A stretch of 64,000 bases of DNA, taken from the NCBI GenBank assembly GCA_045650185.1, contig JAZRQY010000012.1:1026-65025 (forward strand), given 5' to 3'. Numbering within the stretch: position 1 is the stretch's first letter; the number at the start of each line of letters is the position of its first letter. Made by a program: the position numbers and the translations under genes. Shown piece by piece: positions 9,216 to 18,731 of this stretch. This stretch comes from Candidatus Scatosoma sp. Lineage in GTDB: Bacteria > Bacillota > Clostridia > Christensenellales > Borkfalkiaceae. Below the pieces are notes generated by a model. That model was not told the DNA's origin. It searched no databases and saw only the letters and a list, made by a program, of their open reading frames with translations.

Positions 9216-9899
9216 TTATTCGCCTGCGTTTTTGCGTTCTGCCTTAGCTTTTGCCTTCTCCTCTGCCTTTTCCTCTGCCTCTTTGGCGAGCGCCTTATAC
9301 TTCCCAACGGGGAAGAATGCGTCCGTATCAAAGAAGAACAGGGACACGATTAAAGCAATCGCGCCACCGACTATAAAGAAGTCTGCAAAGTTGCAAACGC
9401 CAAAATCTAAGAAATTCGTGGGAGGAACGGAGAACCAGTTTTCAAGCAAGACGCTGAAATCAAGCATGACCATATCGCGAACCCCTATGCCGCCCCAAGT
9501 TTGAAACAGCGCTCTGTCGATTAAGTTGCCGACGCCGCCTGCAACGATGAACACCAAGCACCAGCGCAAGCAAGAACGGCGCTTATCTACCGCGCAATAG
9601 ACGATTATACACGCCAGCATCATCACCGCCGTACCGGCGATCAGAGCGATCTTCGCCTCGATCGGCCAATCCGCGCCCATACTAAACGCCATACCGGGGT
9701 TTTCGGTATAGGTGAGCTCAATAACGCCGGGAATGAGCACTATGTTTGCGTTGCCTAAGAACTTTTCGCCAAAGTACACCTGCGCGGCAATTTTAATACC
9801 GAGGTCAATCAGCAATAAAATACACAAAACCAGCGCGCCCCACAGCCAATGCCCTTTCAAAACGCCTGCTTGTTTTTCTTTTTTCTTTGCCTTTGCCAT
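9216..9899 (-). CDS. lspA: lipoprotein signal peptidase II with Lys/Glu/Ala-rich C-terminal tail
   Basis: GVGNLIDR and NFADFFIVGG motifs. The tail reads KEAEEKAEEKAKAKAERK. Confidence 0.85.
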   Translation of the reverse strand: MAKAKKKEKQAGVLKGHWLWGALVLCILLLIDLGIKIAAQVYFGEKFLGNANIVLIPGVIELTYTENPGMAFSMGADWPIEAKIALIAGTAVMMLACIIVYCAVDKRRSCLRWCLVFIVAGGVGNLIDRALFQTWGGIGVRDMVMLDFSVLLENWFSVPPTNFLDFGVCNFADFFIVGGAIALIVSLFFFDTDAFFPVGKYKALAKEAEEKAEEKAKAKAERKNAGE

Positions 9900-9902
9900 A
9901 CT

Positions 9903-11351
9903 TTACTCCTTTTTCTTCCCTTCGCGAATATCGTTGATCATATTCGTCTTTAAGGTGTGCAATTTTTCCGAAAGGTCTACTTTGTAGACCTGCGGCATAT
10001 CAAGACGCAAGTATTCTTCCCAGAATTTGGAAAGCTCTGCCTTCGAGAATTCTTGAATCTCCATCAGAGAAGGGAACTCGTACACGAGCTTGCCGCCCTT
10101 GACAATCGTGTGTTGCAATTTTTCCAAGGTGTAGTCGTACACCTCTTTTTTCTTCCAAGTATCAATCGGGTGGAAAATGGTGATATTCTTGCTCTCGTCA
10201 ATCACCTCGTCTGCGAGGGTGATAAGGTCTGCAATCGCCATGCCCGTATGCTTATCGTACATACGATAGAGACACTTAAAGCCCGGGGTGGTCACCTTTT
10301 CGCTGTTGTCCGACATCTTGATTTTCGGGGTGATACTGCCGTCCTTATGGAACACCGCCGACATCTTGTAGACACCGCCCAGCGCAGGTAAGTCCTCCGA
10401 GGTAATCAGTTTCGTACCAACACCCCAAATATCAATCTTTGCGCCCTGTTGCATCAGCGAGGAAATCGAGCGTTCGTCCAAATCGCCCGAAGCGCAAATC
10501 TTCGCCTCAGGGAAGCCTGCCTCGTCCAGCATTTGGCGCGCCTTTTTGGAAAGGTAGGCAAAGTCGCCGCTGTCGAGGCGAATCCCCTTAGGAGTATGCC
10601 CCTTTTCCTTCAATTCCTTAAATACGCGAATGGCGTTGGGTACACCGCTGTGCAGAGTATCATAGGTATCCACCAGCAAAAGACAACTGTCGGGGTAACT
10701 CTCTGCGTACGCTTTGAACGCCTCGTATTCGCTGTCATAGCCCATAATCCAGCTGTGCGCCATCGTCCCTGCCACGGGCACGCCGAACATCTGCCCCGTC
10801 AATACGTTGGAGGTAGAACTGCAACCGCCAATCACCGCCGCACGCGCGCCATAAATCCCTGCGTCAGGGCCTTGCGCCCTGCGTAAGCCAAATTCCAGCA
10901 CCGCGCCGCTGCCTGCCGTAGCGCGACAAATCTTCGAGGATTTCGTCGCAATCAACGTTTGGTGGTTGAGGATATTGAGCAGAGCCGTTTCCGCAAACTG
11001 CGCTTGGATAAGGGGCGCTTTCACCGTCAAAATCGGCTCGCCGGGGAAGACGGGTTCGCCTTCCTTTACGGCGTAGACATCCCCCGTAAATTTCATATTT
11101 TTAAGATATTCAAGGAAGTCCTCGCCAAACAGGTTGAGCGAACGAAGATACGCAATATCCTCGTCGTCAAAATGCCAATCCAAGAGGTACTCCACCGCCT
11201 GTTGCAAGCCTGCCGCAATCGAATAGGTAATCAGCTTATTTCTGCGGAAGAACAAGTCGAAGGACACTTCCTCCTCATGTTTGCCGTGCTTGAAAAAGCC
11301 GTAGCCCATCGTGATTTGATACAAATCGGTCAATAACGTTAAATTTCTCAT
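9903..11351 (-). CDS. pncB: nicotinate phosphoribosyltransferase
   Basis: 482 aa. N-terminus LLTDLYQITMGYGFF and GTMAHSWI motifs typical of PncB. Confidence 0.9.
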   Translation of the reverse strand: MRNLTLLTDLYQITMGYGFFKHGKHEEEVSFDLFFRRNKLITYSIAAGLQQAVEYLLDWHFDDEDIAYLRSLNLFGEDFLEYLKNMKFTGDVYAVKEGEPVFPGEPILTVKAPLIQAQFAETALLNILNHQTLIATKSSKICRATAGSGAVLEFGLRRAQGPDAGIYGARAAVIGGCSSTSNVLTGQMFGVPVAGTMAHSWIMGYDSEYEAFKAYAESYPDSCLLLVDTYDTLHSGVPNAIRVFKELKEKGHTPKGIRLDSGDFAYLSKKARQMLDEAGFPEAKICASGDLDERSISSLMQQGAKIDIWGVGTKLITSEDLPALGGVYKMSAVFHKDGSITPKIKMSDNSEKVTTPGFKCLYRMYDKHTGMAIADLITLADEVIDESKNITIFHPIDTWKKKEVYDYTLEKLQHTIVKGGKLVYEFPSLMEIQEFSKAELSKFWEEYLRLDMPQVYKVDLSEKLHTLKTNMINDIREGKKKE

Positions 11352-11353
11352 TT

Positions 11354-12376
11354 TTATTCACCGTCCTTATCGTTTTTATCCTTTTTGAACCACCCTTTCA
11401 TCTTTTGCCAAAGAGTGGGATTTTCCTTGCGCTCCTTTTCCAACCTTTCCTTCGTCGCCTCGGGCGATTCATAGTTTTCGGGATGGAGCCTGCACATCAT
11501 ATTCACCGTGGTATACACAGGGATTTCGTCCTTGTTGTCCTTGACGAAATCGGTGATACCGTACGGATCGCCATGCGCCGAGCCAACCAGCTTGCCGTGC
11601 TTACGCTTATTGACGATGAACAGAGTGAGGAGCCATATCAACCCCCCAATCAACATCGTCATCGAGAAGACAAACGACCATTGTATTCCGTCGCCCAAAA
11701 TATATTGAGGATCGCGCAAGGGCTCCATAATCGAACGGATTAAGCCGTAGGCGGTAAAGTACGCCGCCGTGTTCACGCCGTTGGGCTTGTAAGGGTTTTT
11801 CCAAGCGTTCCAAAACAGCAATCCTGCCACCAAGAGGTTGAACATGCTCTCGTAGAAGAAGAAGGCGTAATGCCATTCCCCCACGGCGTCAATGTATACC
11901 GCAAAAGGGAACCATTGCAAGGCAGGGTTTACCACCTCTTGGCCGTACACCTCTTGATTGAAGAAGTTTCCCCAACGTCCCATCGCCTGCGCCACCAATA
12001 AGCCTACGACTACGCAATCGCCCACACGGAAAAAGTTGACCTTGCGAATCATACAGAAGGCAAACACGCTGATAAGACCGCCCGTGATTCCACCGACGAT
12101 GGATAAGCCACCGCGTTGGATACTTTCCCAGGAAAACCACTCCTCAATCGGCATACCGTCCGTGATGCAATAAAACAGACGGGTTGTGACAAGGCAAATA
12201 GGCAAACAGATACAAAACAGCGTCAGGAATAAGTCGGGAGACATATTTCTGCGTTTAAACAACAGCGAAATCAACGCAAACGCCACCAACATTCCGCAAA
12301 CGATACAGAGTGCGTAATAGGTGATGGTAAGGTTTTCCGTGATTTTAATGCCGGGGCTTAACAGGTTTTGCAGCAT
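11354..12376 (-). CDS. lgt: prolipoprotein diacylglyceryl transferase with ~90-aa hydrophilic C-terminal extension
   Basis: Start at MLQNLL, preceded by AAAGGAGA. GRWGNFFNQEVYG signature. Confidence 0.88.
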   Translation of the reverse strand: MLQNLLSPGIKITENLTITYYALCIVCGMLVAFALISLLFKRRNMSPDLFLTLFCICLPICLVTTRLFYCITDGMPIEEWFSWESIQRGGLSIVGGITGGLISVFAFCMIRKVNFFRVGDCVVVGLLVAQAMGRWGNFFNQEVYGQEVVNPALQWFPFAVYIDAVGEWHYAFFFYESMFNLLVAGLLFWNAWKNPYKPNGVNTAAYFTAYGLIRSIMEPLRDPQYILGDGIQWSFVFSMTMLIGGLIWLLTLFIVNKRKHGKLVGSAHGDPYGITDFVKDNKDEIPVYTTVNMMCRLHPENYESPEATKERLEKERKENPTLWQKMKGWFKKDKNDKDGE

Positions 12377-12498
12377 ACTTTCTCCTTTCGCGCAGACTAA
12401 AATACATTTTAGTCTTTCACCGCTAAGCATTATTTTAGCATAAAAATAAAAAACCGTCAAGGCTTTGCCTTGGCGATTTGTATTCTTTTCGTCTGTTT

Positions 12499-13074
12499 TT
12501 ATCGAATTTCCAGCTTAAAAATCGGGATTTTTGCAAGCATAGGAAGAATTGCGTATACGAGAGCGGTGTTGATAACGTTATTCCACACCTGTCCGCTGAA
12601 GAATAATCTCGCCACCGCAAAGTCCCAAAAATTGAGCGCCGTTTTATTCCAGAGGAAAAATCCCACAGTGGTGGTAATCCCCACCGTCGCCAAGAAAAAG
12701 GACAGTACCGCCGCCACGGCAATCTTCACACACCAAGCCCACTTGCCTTGCCAACGCAGGCAGAATACCGCCCCAAACAGAAAGCCGACCAGCCCTACCG
12801 CTAATCCAACAAACGGCGTATAGCCTGCTCCGCCCCCAAGAAAGAATCCGAGCAAATCCCCTAAGAATCCTACCGCAAAGCCAAACAGCGGCCCTACCAA
12901 AATTCCTGCCAACGAAACGGCGGAAAGGGTAAAGGAAAATTGCACGAATCCCAAAGGGATCGTGGTAATGGCGTTCACAACGACATTCACCGCCAGCAAT
13001 ACCGCAACGTACGCAAGCTTTGCGCTACGCCTTTTCCCTGCCAGCACTCCAAACAAAAATCTCTTTGTATCCAT
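12499..13074 (-). CDS. folT: ECF-transporter S component, folate family (FolT-like)
   Basis: Start at MDTKRF (Met60 of the track ORF). Small multi-TM protein directly downstream of a THF riboswitch. Confidence 0.7.
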   Translation of the reverse strand: MDTKRFLFGVLAGKRRSAKLAYVAVLLAVNVVVNAITTIPLGFVQFSFTLSAVSLAGILVGPLFGFAVGFLGDLLGFFLGGGAGYTPFVGLAVGLVGFLFGAVFCLRWQGKWAWCVKIAVAAVLSFFLATVGITTTVGFFLWNKTALNFWDFAVARLFFSGQVWNNVINTALVYAILPMLAKIPIFKLEIR

Positions 13075-13159
13075 AAGAAAAAACCTCCCGAAAGAGAGGT
13101 CCGCACAGCACAGACAGCTACGCTTTGTCGCATACCTGCCCCACATAAATTGCCTATTC

Positions 13160-13265
13160 GGCATTAGCGGACGCGACCTTGCACCGCGAAACTTACGTCT
13201 TTGTTTCTTCGTCCGCCGACAACGTCCCGTTCGGCGACACTTTACGCGCAAAATCTACTCTTTGC
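13160..13265 (-). promoter_or_regulatory. THF (tetrahydrofolate) riboswitch, THF-I class
   Basis: Minus strand reads AAAGAGUAGAUUUUGCGCGUAAAGUGUCGCCGAACGGGACGUUGUCGGCGGACGAAG...CGCGGUGCAAGGUCGCGUCCGCU. This matches the remembered folT-motif core block by block (AGAGUAGAU..GCGCGU.AAGUGU...GGGAUGU...ACGAAG...GCGGUG...GCAUCCGCU). It is followed by the hairpin ACCTCTC-TTTC-GGGAGGT plus a T-run that overlaps the RBS. Confidence 0.85.
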
Positions 13266-13302
13266 ACCCATTATACTCTAGGCTGGCAAAAATGTCAATC
13301 GT

Positions 13303-14028
13303 TTGGGTATAACTGTACAAAAAAACACACAGCCTTTTTTTATGGGACTTATCGTTATCCGTACAATCATTGTCTTTTTAACTCTGCTAGTTATTATGCG
13401 GCTGATGGGCAAGCGGCAAATCGGGGAAATGCAACCGTATGAGTTCGTCATTACCCTCATTATCGCCGAAATCGCCTGCATCCCGATGTCAGACGCGTCG
13501 ATACCGCTCAGTTACGGCATCACCGCCATACTGACCATCTACTTTCTGCACCAGCTGGTGTGCCTCATCGACCTGTCGATCCCGAAGGCAAAGACGTTGT
13601 TTGCAGGCACGCCTAGCATCGTAATCAACCAGAACGGCATTGACGCCACACAGCTGAAAAAGAACAATCTCGACATTTCCGACCTCATCGAAAGCATGCG
13701 CAGCGCAGGGTATTTTTCCCTCGACGACGTCGAATACGCGCTGTACGAATCGAACGGCAAGTTTTCCGCGCTCGCCAAGCAAAAAGAGGGGGAGGCAAAT
13801 CCGTCCATGCCCGTCCTGCTCATTTGCGAGGGGAAATTCAACGACAAAAATCTGCAGCTAATCGGCAAGGAAAAGGGGTACTTTTTGGAAAAATTACGGG
13901 GGCAGGGCTTTAACGAACTGAAAAAAGTGCTCGTTATGACGGTGGACGGAACGGGCAAAGTGTACGCGCAAGAAAGCGGACAAAGCTACCAGGTGTTCTC
14001 CTTAAATTGGCAGGAAAGGTTATGGTGA
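13303..14028 (+). CDS. DUF421 (YetF-like) membrane protein
   Basis: LMGKRQIGEMQPYEFVITLIIAEI is typical of DUF421. The true start may be the internal MGLIVIR Met at 13342. Confidence 0.75.
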   Translation: MGITVQKNTQPFFMGLIVIRTIIVFLTLLVIMRLMGKRQIGEMQPYEFVITLIIAEIACIPMSDASIPLSYGITAILTIYFLHQLVCLIDLSIPKAKTLFAGTPSIVINQNGIDATQLKKNNLDISDLIESMRSAGYFSLDDVEYALYESNGKFSALAKQKEGEANPSMPVLLICEGKFNDKNLQLIGKEKGYFLEKLRGQGFNELKKVLVMTVDGTGKVYAQESGQSYQVFSLNWQERLW

Positions 14029-14032
14029 GCGT

Positions 14033-14407
14033 ATGAAAATCGTTGCAAGTATTTTAATTTCCGGGGCGTTGCTTATCGGGTTTTCCACCTTTGAACTTTG
14101 CTACGTAGACAAGACGTTCGACACCTTTCACGAGGGCTTGACGTCCATTTACCAAAAGACGGAAGACTGTTCTGCCACCCACGAGGACGGCACGGCGTTG
14201 CAGCTGTTTTGGGAAGAGAAGAAAAAAACGCTGTATCTTTGGCTGCCGCACACCCTCATCGACCAAGTGGATTATCATCTTGGCGAGGCGCTCGGGTATC
14301 TGTACCAAGGCAACTTTGAGGACAGCCTGCCGAAATTTGAACTGCTTTTAGACATGGCGGAAACCATCCCCCGCGCCTACAAAATCCTACCCGAAAATAT
14401 TTTCTAA
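14033..14407 (+). CDS. DUF4363-like small membrane-anchored protein
   Basis: 124 aa with one N-terminal TM segment. Conserved pairing downstream of DUF421 genes in Firmicutes. Confidence 0.55.
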   Translation: MKIVASILISGALLIGFSTFELCYVDKTFDTFHEGLTSIYQKTEDCSATHEDGTALQLFWEEKKKTLYLWLPHTLIDQVDYHLGEALGYLYQGNFEDSLPKFELLLDMAETIPRAYKILPENIF

Positions 14408-14408
14408 A

Positions 14409-14437
14409 CAAAAAAAGAGCCGTTCGGCTCTTTTTTA
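14409..14437. terminator. bidirectional intrinsic terminator
   Basis: aaaaaagagccg-ttc-ggctctttttt lies between convergent genes. Confidence 0.8.
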
Positions 14438-14447
14438 CTAACAATGG

Positions 14448-15641
14448 TTATTCGTTTTTCCATATAATAGGGGTGATACCGTCGGTATCATAGTGCCAAT
14501 AATTTCCTGCCGTCGTTGGCGCGCTTTCACTGTAATAATACCGCGTTGCGTTGGTCAATCCAACGTTGGAAGCAGCAAACATAGAAATATCCAACCATTC
14601 CTCTGCCGTCCCCTTGTAATACACGCTTGTCAACGCATCACTATTGAACGCCGCCCCACCTATCGTACGCACTCCACTACCGATTACCACACTCTCCAAG
14701 CCACTAGCCCAGAACGCTCCGTCATTAATCTGTACTACGCTGTCGGGGATTACGACACTCGTTAAACTCTTACACCACTCAAATGCGTATGATTCTATCA
14801 AGGTTACACCATTGCCGATGACCACGTTCGTCAAGCTACTACAACCAGAGAACGCTTGCGGCTCAATCACAGTGACACTATCAGGAATTACCACACTTGT
14901 CAGTTCGCCACAAGACTTGAACACACTATTACCAATCGAAGTCACACCATCGCCGATGACCACGTTCGTCAAATTATCGCAATAAATAAACGCACTATCT
15001 CCAATACTTATTACGCTGTCAGGAATCGTCACGCTCGTTAAGATACCGTTCGCGAATGCTCCGTCAGCAATGAATTTACAATTCTCATCTATGCTTACGT
15101 CGACTAAATCCGCAGAATCATACTCTGCTAAATATAAATATGGATTGACTTCATTCCCTAAATATTTCAGATTGTCTTTCACATTATACGATAAACGCGA
15201 ACATTCATGAAACGCAGAATGACCAACCAAGGTAAGACTATCGGGAATCGCCACGCTCATCAAGCCGGTACAACCCCAGAACGCAGAATCACCAATCGAG
15301 ATTACGCCTTCGGGGATTACCAAACTCGTCAGGTTATAACAACCCGCAAACGCATAGTCGTCAATCGAGGTTACACTGCTAGGAATTATTACACTCATTA
15401 AACTGTTGCAATTATTAAATGCTCTTTCCCCGATCGAAACGACGGGTGCGCCTTTGCAGGTTTCCACAATATGCGCATCGGTGATTTCACCTTCGTAGCC
15501 CACCACACACGCCTCGCCGCTTGCAACCTCGTAGACAATCCCGTCAATGGATACCCTTTGCGGCTTACACGCACCGAAATGGAAAACTGCCGTAACGCAA
15601 ACAAACAGCGCTGCCATCAATTTTACAATTTTTTTATTCAT
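14448..15641 (-). CDS. BspA-type leucine-rich-repeat surface lipoprotein
   Basis: Signal peptide plus lipobox (FHFGAC). Many ~23-aa repeats of the form (V/I)xIPxSVxSIGxxAFxxCxxLxS. Confidence 0.8.
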   Translation of the reverse strand: MNKKIVKLMAALFVCVTAVFHFGACKPQRVSIDGIVYEVASGEACVVGYEGEITDAHIVETCKGAPVVSIGERAFNNCNSLMSVIIPSSVTSIDDYAFAGCYNLTSLVIPEGVISIGDSAFWGCTGLMSVAIPDSLTLVGHSAFHECSRLSYNVKDNLKYLGNEVNPYLYLAEYDSADLVDVSIDENCKFIADGAFANGILTSVTIPDSVISIGDSAFIYCDNLTNVVIGDGVTSIGNSVFKSCGELTSVVIPDSVTVIEPQAFSGCSSLTNVVIGNGVTLIESYAFEWCKSLTSVVIPDSVVQINDGAFWASGLESVVIGSGVRTIGGAAFNSDALTSVYYKGTAEEWLDISMFAASNVGLTNATRYYYSESAPTTAGNYWHYDTDGITPIIWKNE

Positions 15642-15693
15642 AATACTACCCTCTTATGTAAAAAAGCTTTTCCGTGGAAAAGCCTTTTTCTTT

Positions 15694-16047
15694 TTACACC
15701 AAACCGTATGCTTGCACGATGTTTACCGTCGCTTGAAAGATATTCTTCAAAAACACCTTCACTAAGCGGTTTGTCGCCTCGTCAATTCTGCCGCTTTCGT
15801 TGCTCTTGAGCATCTGCGCCGCGCCGTCGAAGTTCTTGTAAATCATCTGCGCATCCTCTTCAATGGCGGTGTACGCCTCTTCTTCGCCGTTTTGCTGAAT
15901 GTCGTACATTTCCTTGATGACGACGTTCATTTTCGGCAACAGCTCCAGTTTCCCAGTCTGTACCGCCTCGGCGGAAAGATGATTAAGCTCCGCCAACAGC
16001 TCGATAAAGCGTTGCAATTTTACATTTCCAACAAGATCCGTCGCCAT
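15694..16047 (-). CDS. hypothetical helical protein
   Basis: 117-aa ORF whose ATG overlaps the stop of the upstream gene (TAATG), suggesting translational coupling. No family recognised. Confidence 0.5.
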   Translation of the reverse strand: MATDLVGNVKLQRFIELLAELNHLSAEAVQTGKLELLPKMNVVIKEMYDIQQNGEEEAYTAIEEDAQMIYKNFDGAAQMLKSNESGRIDEATNRLVKVFLKNIFQATVNIVQAYGLV

Positions 16048-17276
16048 TACAGTTCCACTCCGTTCAATTTCAACAGCTCTCTTGCGCTCTCCACGCTGTC
16101 CACGCCCGTCTTATTCTTGATAGGCGCAAATTCCTTTTCACGAACGACCACGTACGGCAATACGCTACCCACCAACTTGATGAGGTCCACCGCAAGCAAT
16201 TCAAACTTCTTGCCGTTTTCCTTTTCAGGCTTTCTCGTGATACCGTCTTCGCAAAGGCACTCGATTTTCTTTTCTACGATGTGCACGGGGATTTTCTGTT
16301 CTACGATTTCTTCCAGCTTGGAAAGACGGAAGAGGTAGTTCATAATAACGCCAAAGCGGTAAGCAAGGTTGCCGTTTTCGTCCTTTTCGTTTGCCATTTC
16401 GTCCGTCAATTCGTAATATTCGATGATGTCGGGCGTGTCGCCGTCTTGGCAGAGTACGCCCACCTTTTCGTAGGGATTGGTCTTGGAAATCGACTTTGCG
16501 CCACAGTTCACGCCAGCCGCAATCGTCGCGCCCACAAAGACGGGGTCTGCGATTCTTTGCAAGACGTTATCTACTGCGTAGATATTCAGCCACTCTACTC
16601 CCTTTTCGTGCAGGTCTTCTACCAGCCCTGCGCGTTTCATCGTCGCAAACCAACCGCCGTTGCCGTTGGGGGACATCGCAGGCATGCCCTTCGTTTCCAA
16701 AATGATTTTGCCGTCGTAATCCACCGCAGGCGCCATATCCTGTTTGAAGAATTTGACAAGCTCCGCAGGGTAGCCAAAGTTGTTGTGCTCTGCCCAAAAA
16801 GCCGTCGTCGCCTCGTGGTTTTTGTCGCTGGTCATGATGTAAAGAGGCACATAGACACCCACCTTTTCCACGACTTCTAAAAGGTTTTTCATCTGCTGTT
16901 CAAAGATATACAAAGGCTTGGTGATACCGATATCGTACGCACCCTTCGGCCCGTCTACGCCAAGACGAGTACCCATACCGCCTGCCAGTAACACCGCCGC
17001 AACCTTTCCTGCCTTGATTGCCTCTGCGCCGATTGCCTCAAATTCCGCCTTTCTTTCCTCGATTTCCGGCAAGTCCATACCCTTGATAGGACGAATATCA
17101 CGCCCTGCGCCCGTCAAATCGGTGGGGTTTTTCAATTCCTCTTCAAAGCTCCAATCCATCTCCGCAATCGTCTGCAATAAAGTCGCTTGTTCGTTTGCCG
17201 ACAGCTCGTCGTAGTAGCGCAAAAGATGTTCCTGACCGTGCGCCGCAAGCAACGCCTTCGCCTGTTCGTAATTCAT
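16047..17276 (-). CDS. UDPGP-family UDP-sugar (UDP-N-acetylhexosamine-type) pyrophosphorylase
   Basis: LLAGGMGTRLG nucleotide-binding loop and the overall eukaryote-type UAP/UGP layout. Confidence 0.75.
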   Translation of the reverse strand: MNYEQAKALLAAHGQEHLLRYYDELSANEQATLLQTIAEMDWSFEEELKNPTDLTGAGRDIRPIKGMDLPEIEERKAEFEAIGAEAIKAGKVAAVLLAGGMGTRLGVDGPKGAYDIGITKPLYIFEQQMKNLLEVVEKVGVYVPLYIMTSDKNHEATTAFWAEHNNFGYPAELVKFFKQDMAPAVDYDGKIILETKGMPAMSPNGNGGWFATMKRAGLVEDLHEKGVEWLNIYAVDNVLQRIADPVFVGATIAAGVNCGAKSISKTNPYEKVGVLCQDGDTPDIIEYYELTDEMANEKDENGNLAYRFGVIMNYLFRLSKLEEIVEQKIPVHIVEKKIECLCEDGITRKPEKENGKKFELLAVDLIKLVGSVLPYVVVREKEFAPIKNKTGVDSVESARELLKLNGVEL

Positions 17277-17356
17277 ATTCTATTACCTCGCTTTTGGGAT
17301 TTGTTTTATTGTAGCAAATTCGCAAAAAAATTGCAATATCTTATTATATAATTTTC

Positions 17357-17908
17357 TTATGCTTTTTTTATAAAAAATAATACCTTCGTCAGCGGTAAGA
17401 ATAGCCCCGATACCGATACGCAAGCGCAAATCGTCTGCCCCAACATAAAGGGGAGAGAGGCTTTAAAGTACAACTCTGCCGCCTTGGGGCTATAGCCGTA
17501 ATACCACGGCGTCAATAGGTTATCCAAAAGGGTAAAGCACGCCGTGCACACCGCCGCCAAGAGAGCGGCAATCAGCAGTAGTTTCCAACCCGTCCACTTG
17601 CACCACCGAGGCAATAGTCCAAACGCCACGGAAAGTATGGAAAAGTGAATAAGGTATAAGATTAAAACGACGGGATAAAACCCAAACAGCAACTGCCTAA
17701 GCAGCGCAAACGCCACCGCCGCAACCACGCCGCGCAACACTCCAAACACAAAGGCATAGCAGATGAACAGCAGGCTGACCACCTCGACGAACGGCACGGC
17801 AGATAACGCGTATTGCGACCCGATAACCATCGCAACGAATACCGCCGTTCTCGCCACCTCTTTTGCCGAGCGCACCGCTCCGTTTTTCCAAGTTTCTTGA
17901 TTACTCAC
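17357..17908 (-). CDS. ECF S-component-like membrane protein (putative cobalamin-related)
   Basis: 183 aa, ~6 TM segments. Second gene behind the cobalamin riboswitch and the DUF4430-like gene. Confidence 0.5.
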   Translation of the reverse strand: MSNQETWKNGAVRSAKEVARTAVFVAMVIGSQYALSAVPFVEVVSLLFICYAFVFGVLRGVVAAVAFALLRQLLFGFYPVVLILYLIHFSILSVAFGLLPRWCKWTGWKLLLIAALLAAVCTACFTLLDNLLTPWYYGYSPKAAELYFKASLPFMLGQTICACVSVSGLFLPLTKVLFFIKKA

Positions 17909-17926
17909 TTCGTACCTGCCCCATGC

Positions 17927-18367
17927 TTATGCAGGAAGACTCTGATAATACTGCCAAAGGTACACGCCGCCTTCCACGACGGGCAATGACTCTGCGCCGA
18001 AGTTAGAAAAACCAAGCGTTTGACCGTTCCATTCGACCCCCCAAGACATGTCGGAAAGCTCCGCATCCGAGATATACAGCGCCCAGTAGCAAGACCAGTC
18101 TGCAGCATTTTCCTTGCCGTTGATACTTTGTATCATCCCCTGACCATTGGTAGTAAAGGTAAGCTTTCCCTCTTCCTGCAACGCCTTCATCGCATCAATC
18201 AGCTTTGCATCGCCCTCTACCGATTCCACGAGAATTACAATTTCCGTTTCCGTTGTCTGTACGGTTGCCTTTACCTTGACGCCCTCCGTCGGCGTACAGC
18301 CTACGCAAAACGCCGCCGCAAACACCATACTCAAAAGCATGCCAACCGTCACAAAAAACTTCTTCAT
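17927..18367 (-). CDS. DUF4430-like (transcobalamin-like fold) lipoprotein
   Basis: Signal peptide plus lipobox (AAFCVGC). 146 aa. First gene downstream of the cobalamin riboswitch. Confidence 0.55.
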   Translation of the reverse strand: MKKFFVTVGMLLSMVFAAAFCVGCTPTEGVKVKATVQTTETEIVILVESVEGDAKLIDAMKALQEEGKLTFTTNGQGMIQSINGKENAADWSCYWALYISDAELSDMSWGVEWNGQTLGFSNFGAESLPVVEGGVYLWQYYQSLPA

Positions 18368-18539
18368 ATCTTTTCTCCTTCGCCGCCTTTTGGCGACTTT
18401 TAAAATAATTCATTATTTTTTACGGAGAAAAAACGATAACGCAAAACCACCACGCCACCCAGCGCGGTACTCTTCGCCCCATTTTCGCATCCCCGCAAAA
18501 ATCCAGCTTTTACACAACGCATTCGACAAAAAATCTTCG

Positions 18540-18692
18540 TCAATCTTCGGCAGGTCTTCCGGCTTACAACGATTTGGCGCAGTTCAATTCGCACCCGCCC
18601 TACCCCTTCTCACCCATCGGCAATGGAATACGGCAATCGTTCTTACGGCTGCGGGGGCAGCGGAGTAATACTCTCTTCCCTATTAAATAGTT
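18540..18692 (-). promoter_or_regulatory. cobalamin (B12) riboswitch aptamer
   Basis: Minus strand reads AAUAGGGAAGAG...GCUGCCCCCGCAGCCGUAAG...CCAUUGCCGAUGGGUGAGAAGGGG...GUAAGCCGGAAGACCUGCCG. The last block is the B12 box, at 18548-18565. Confidence 0.85.
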
Positions 18693-18731
18693 GTCATTAA
18701 CAACCATACCGCGCGTTGCTATTCAGTTGTT

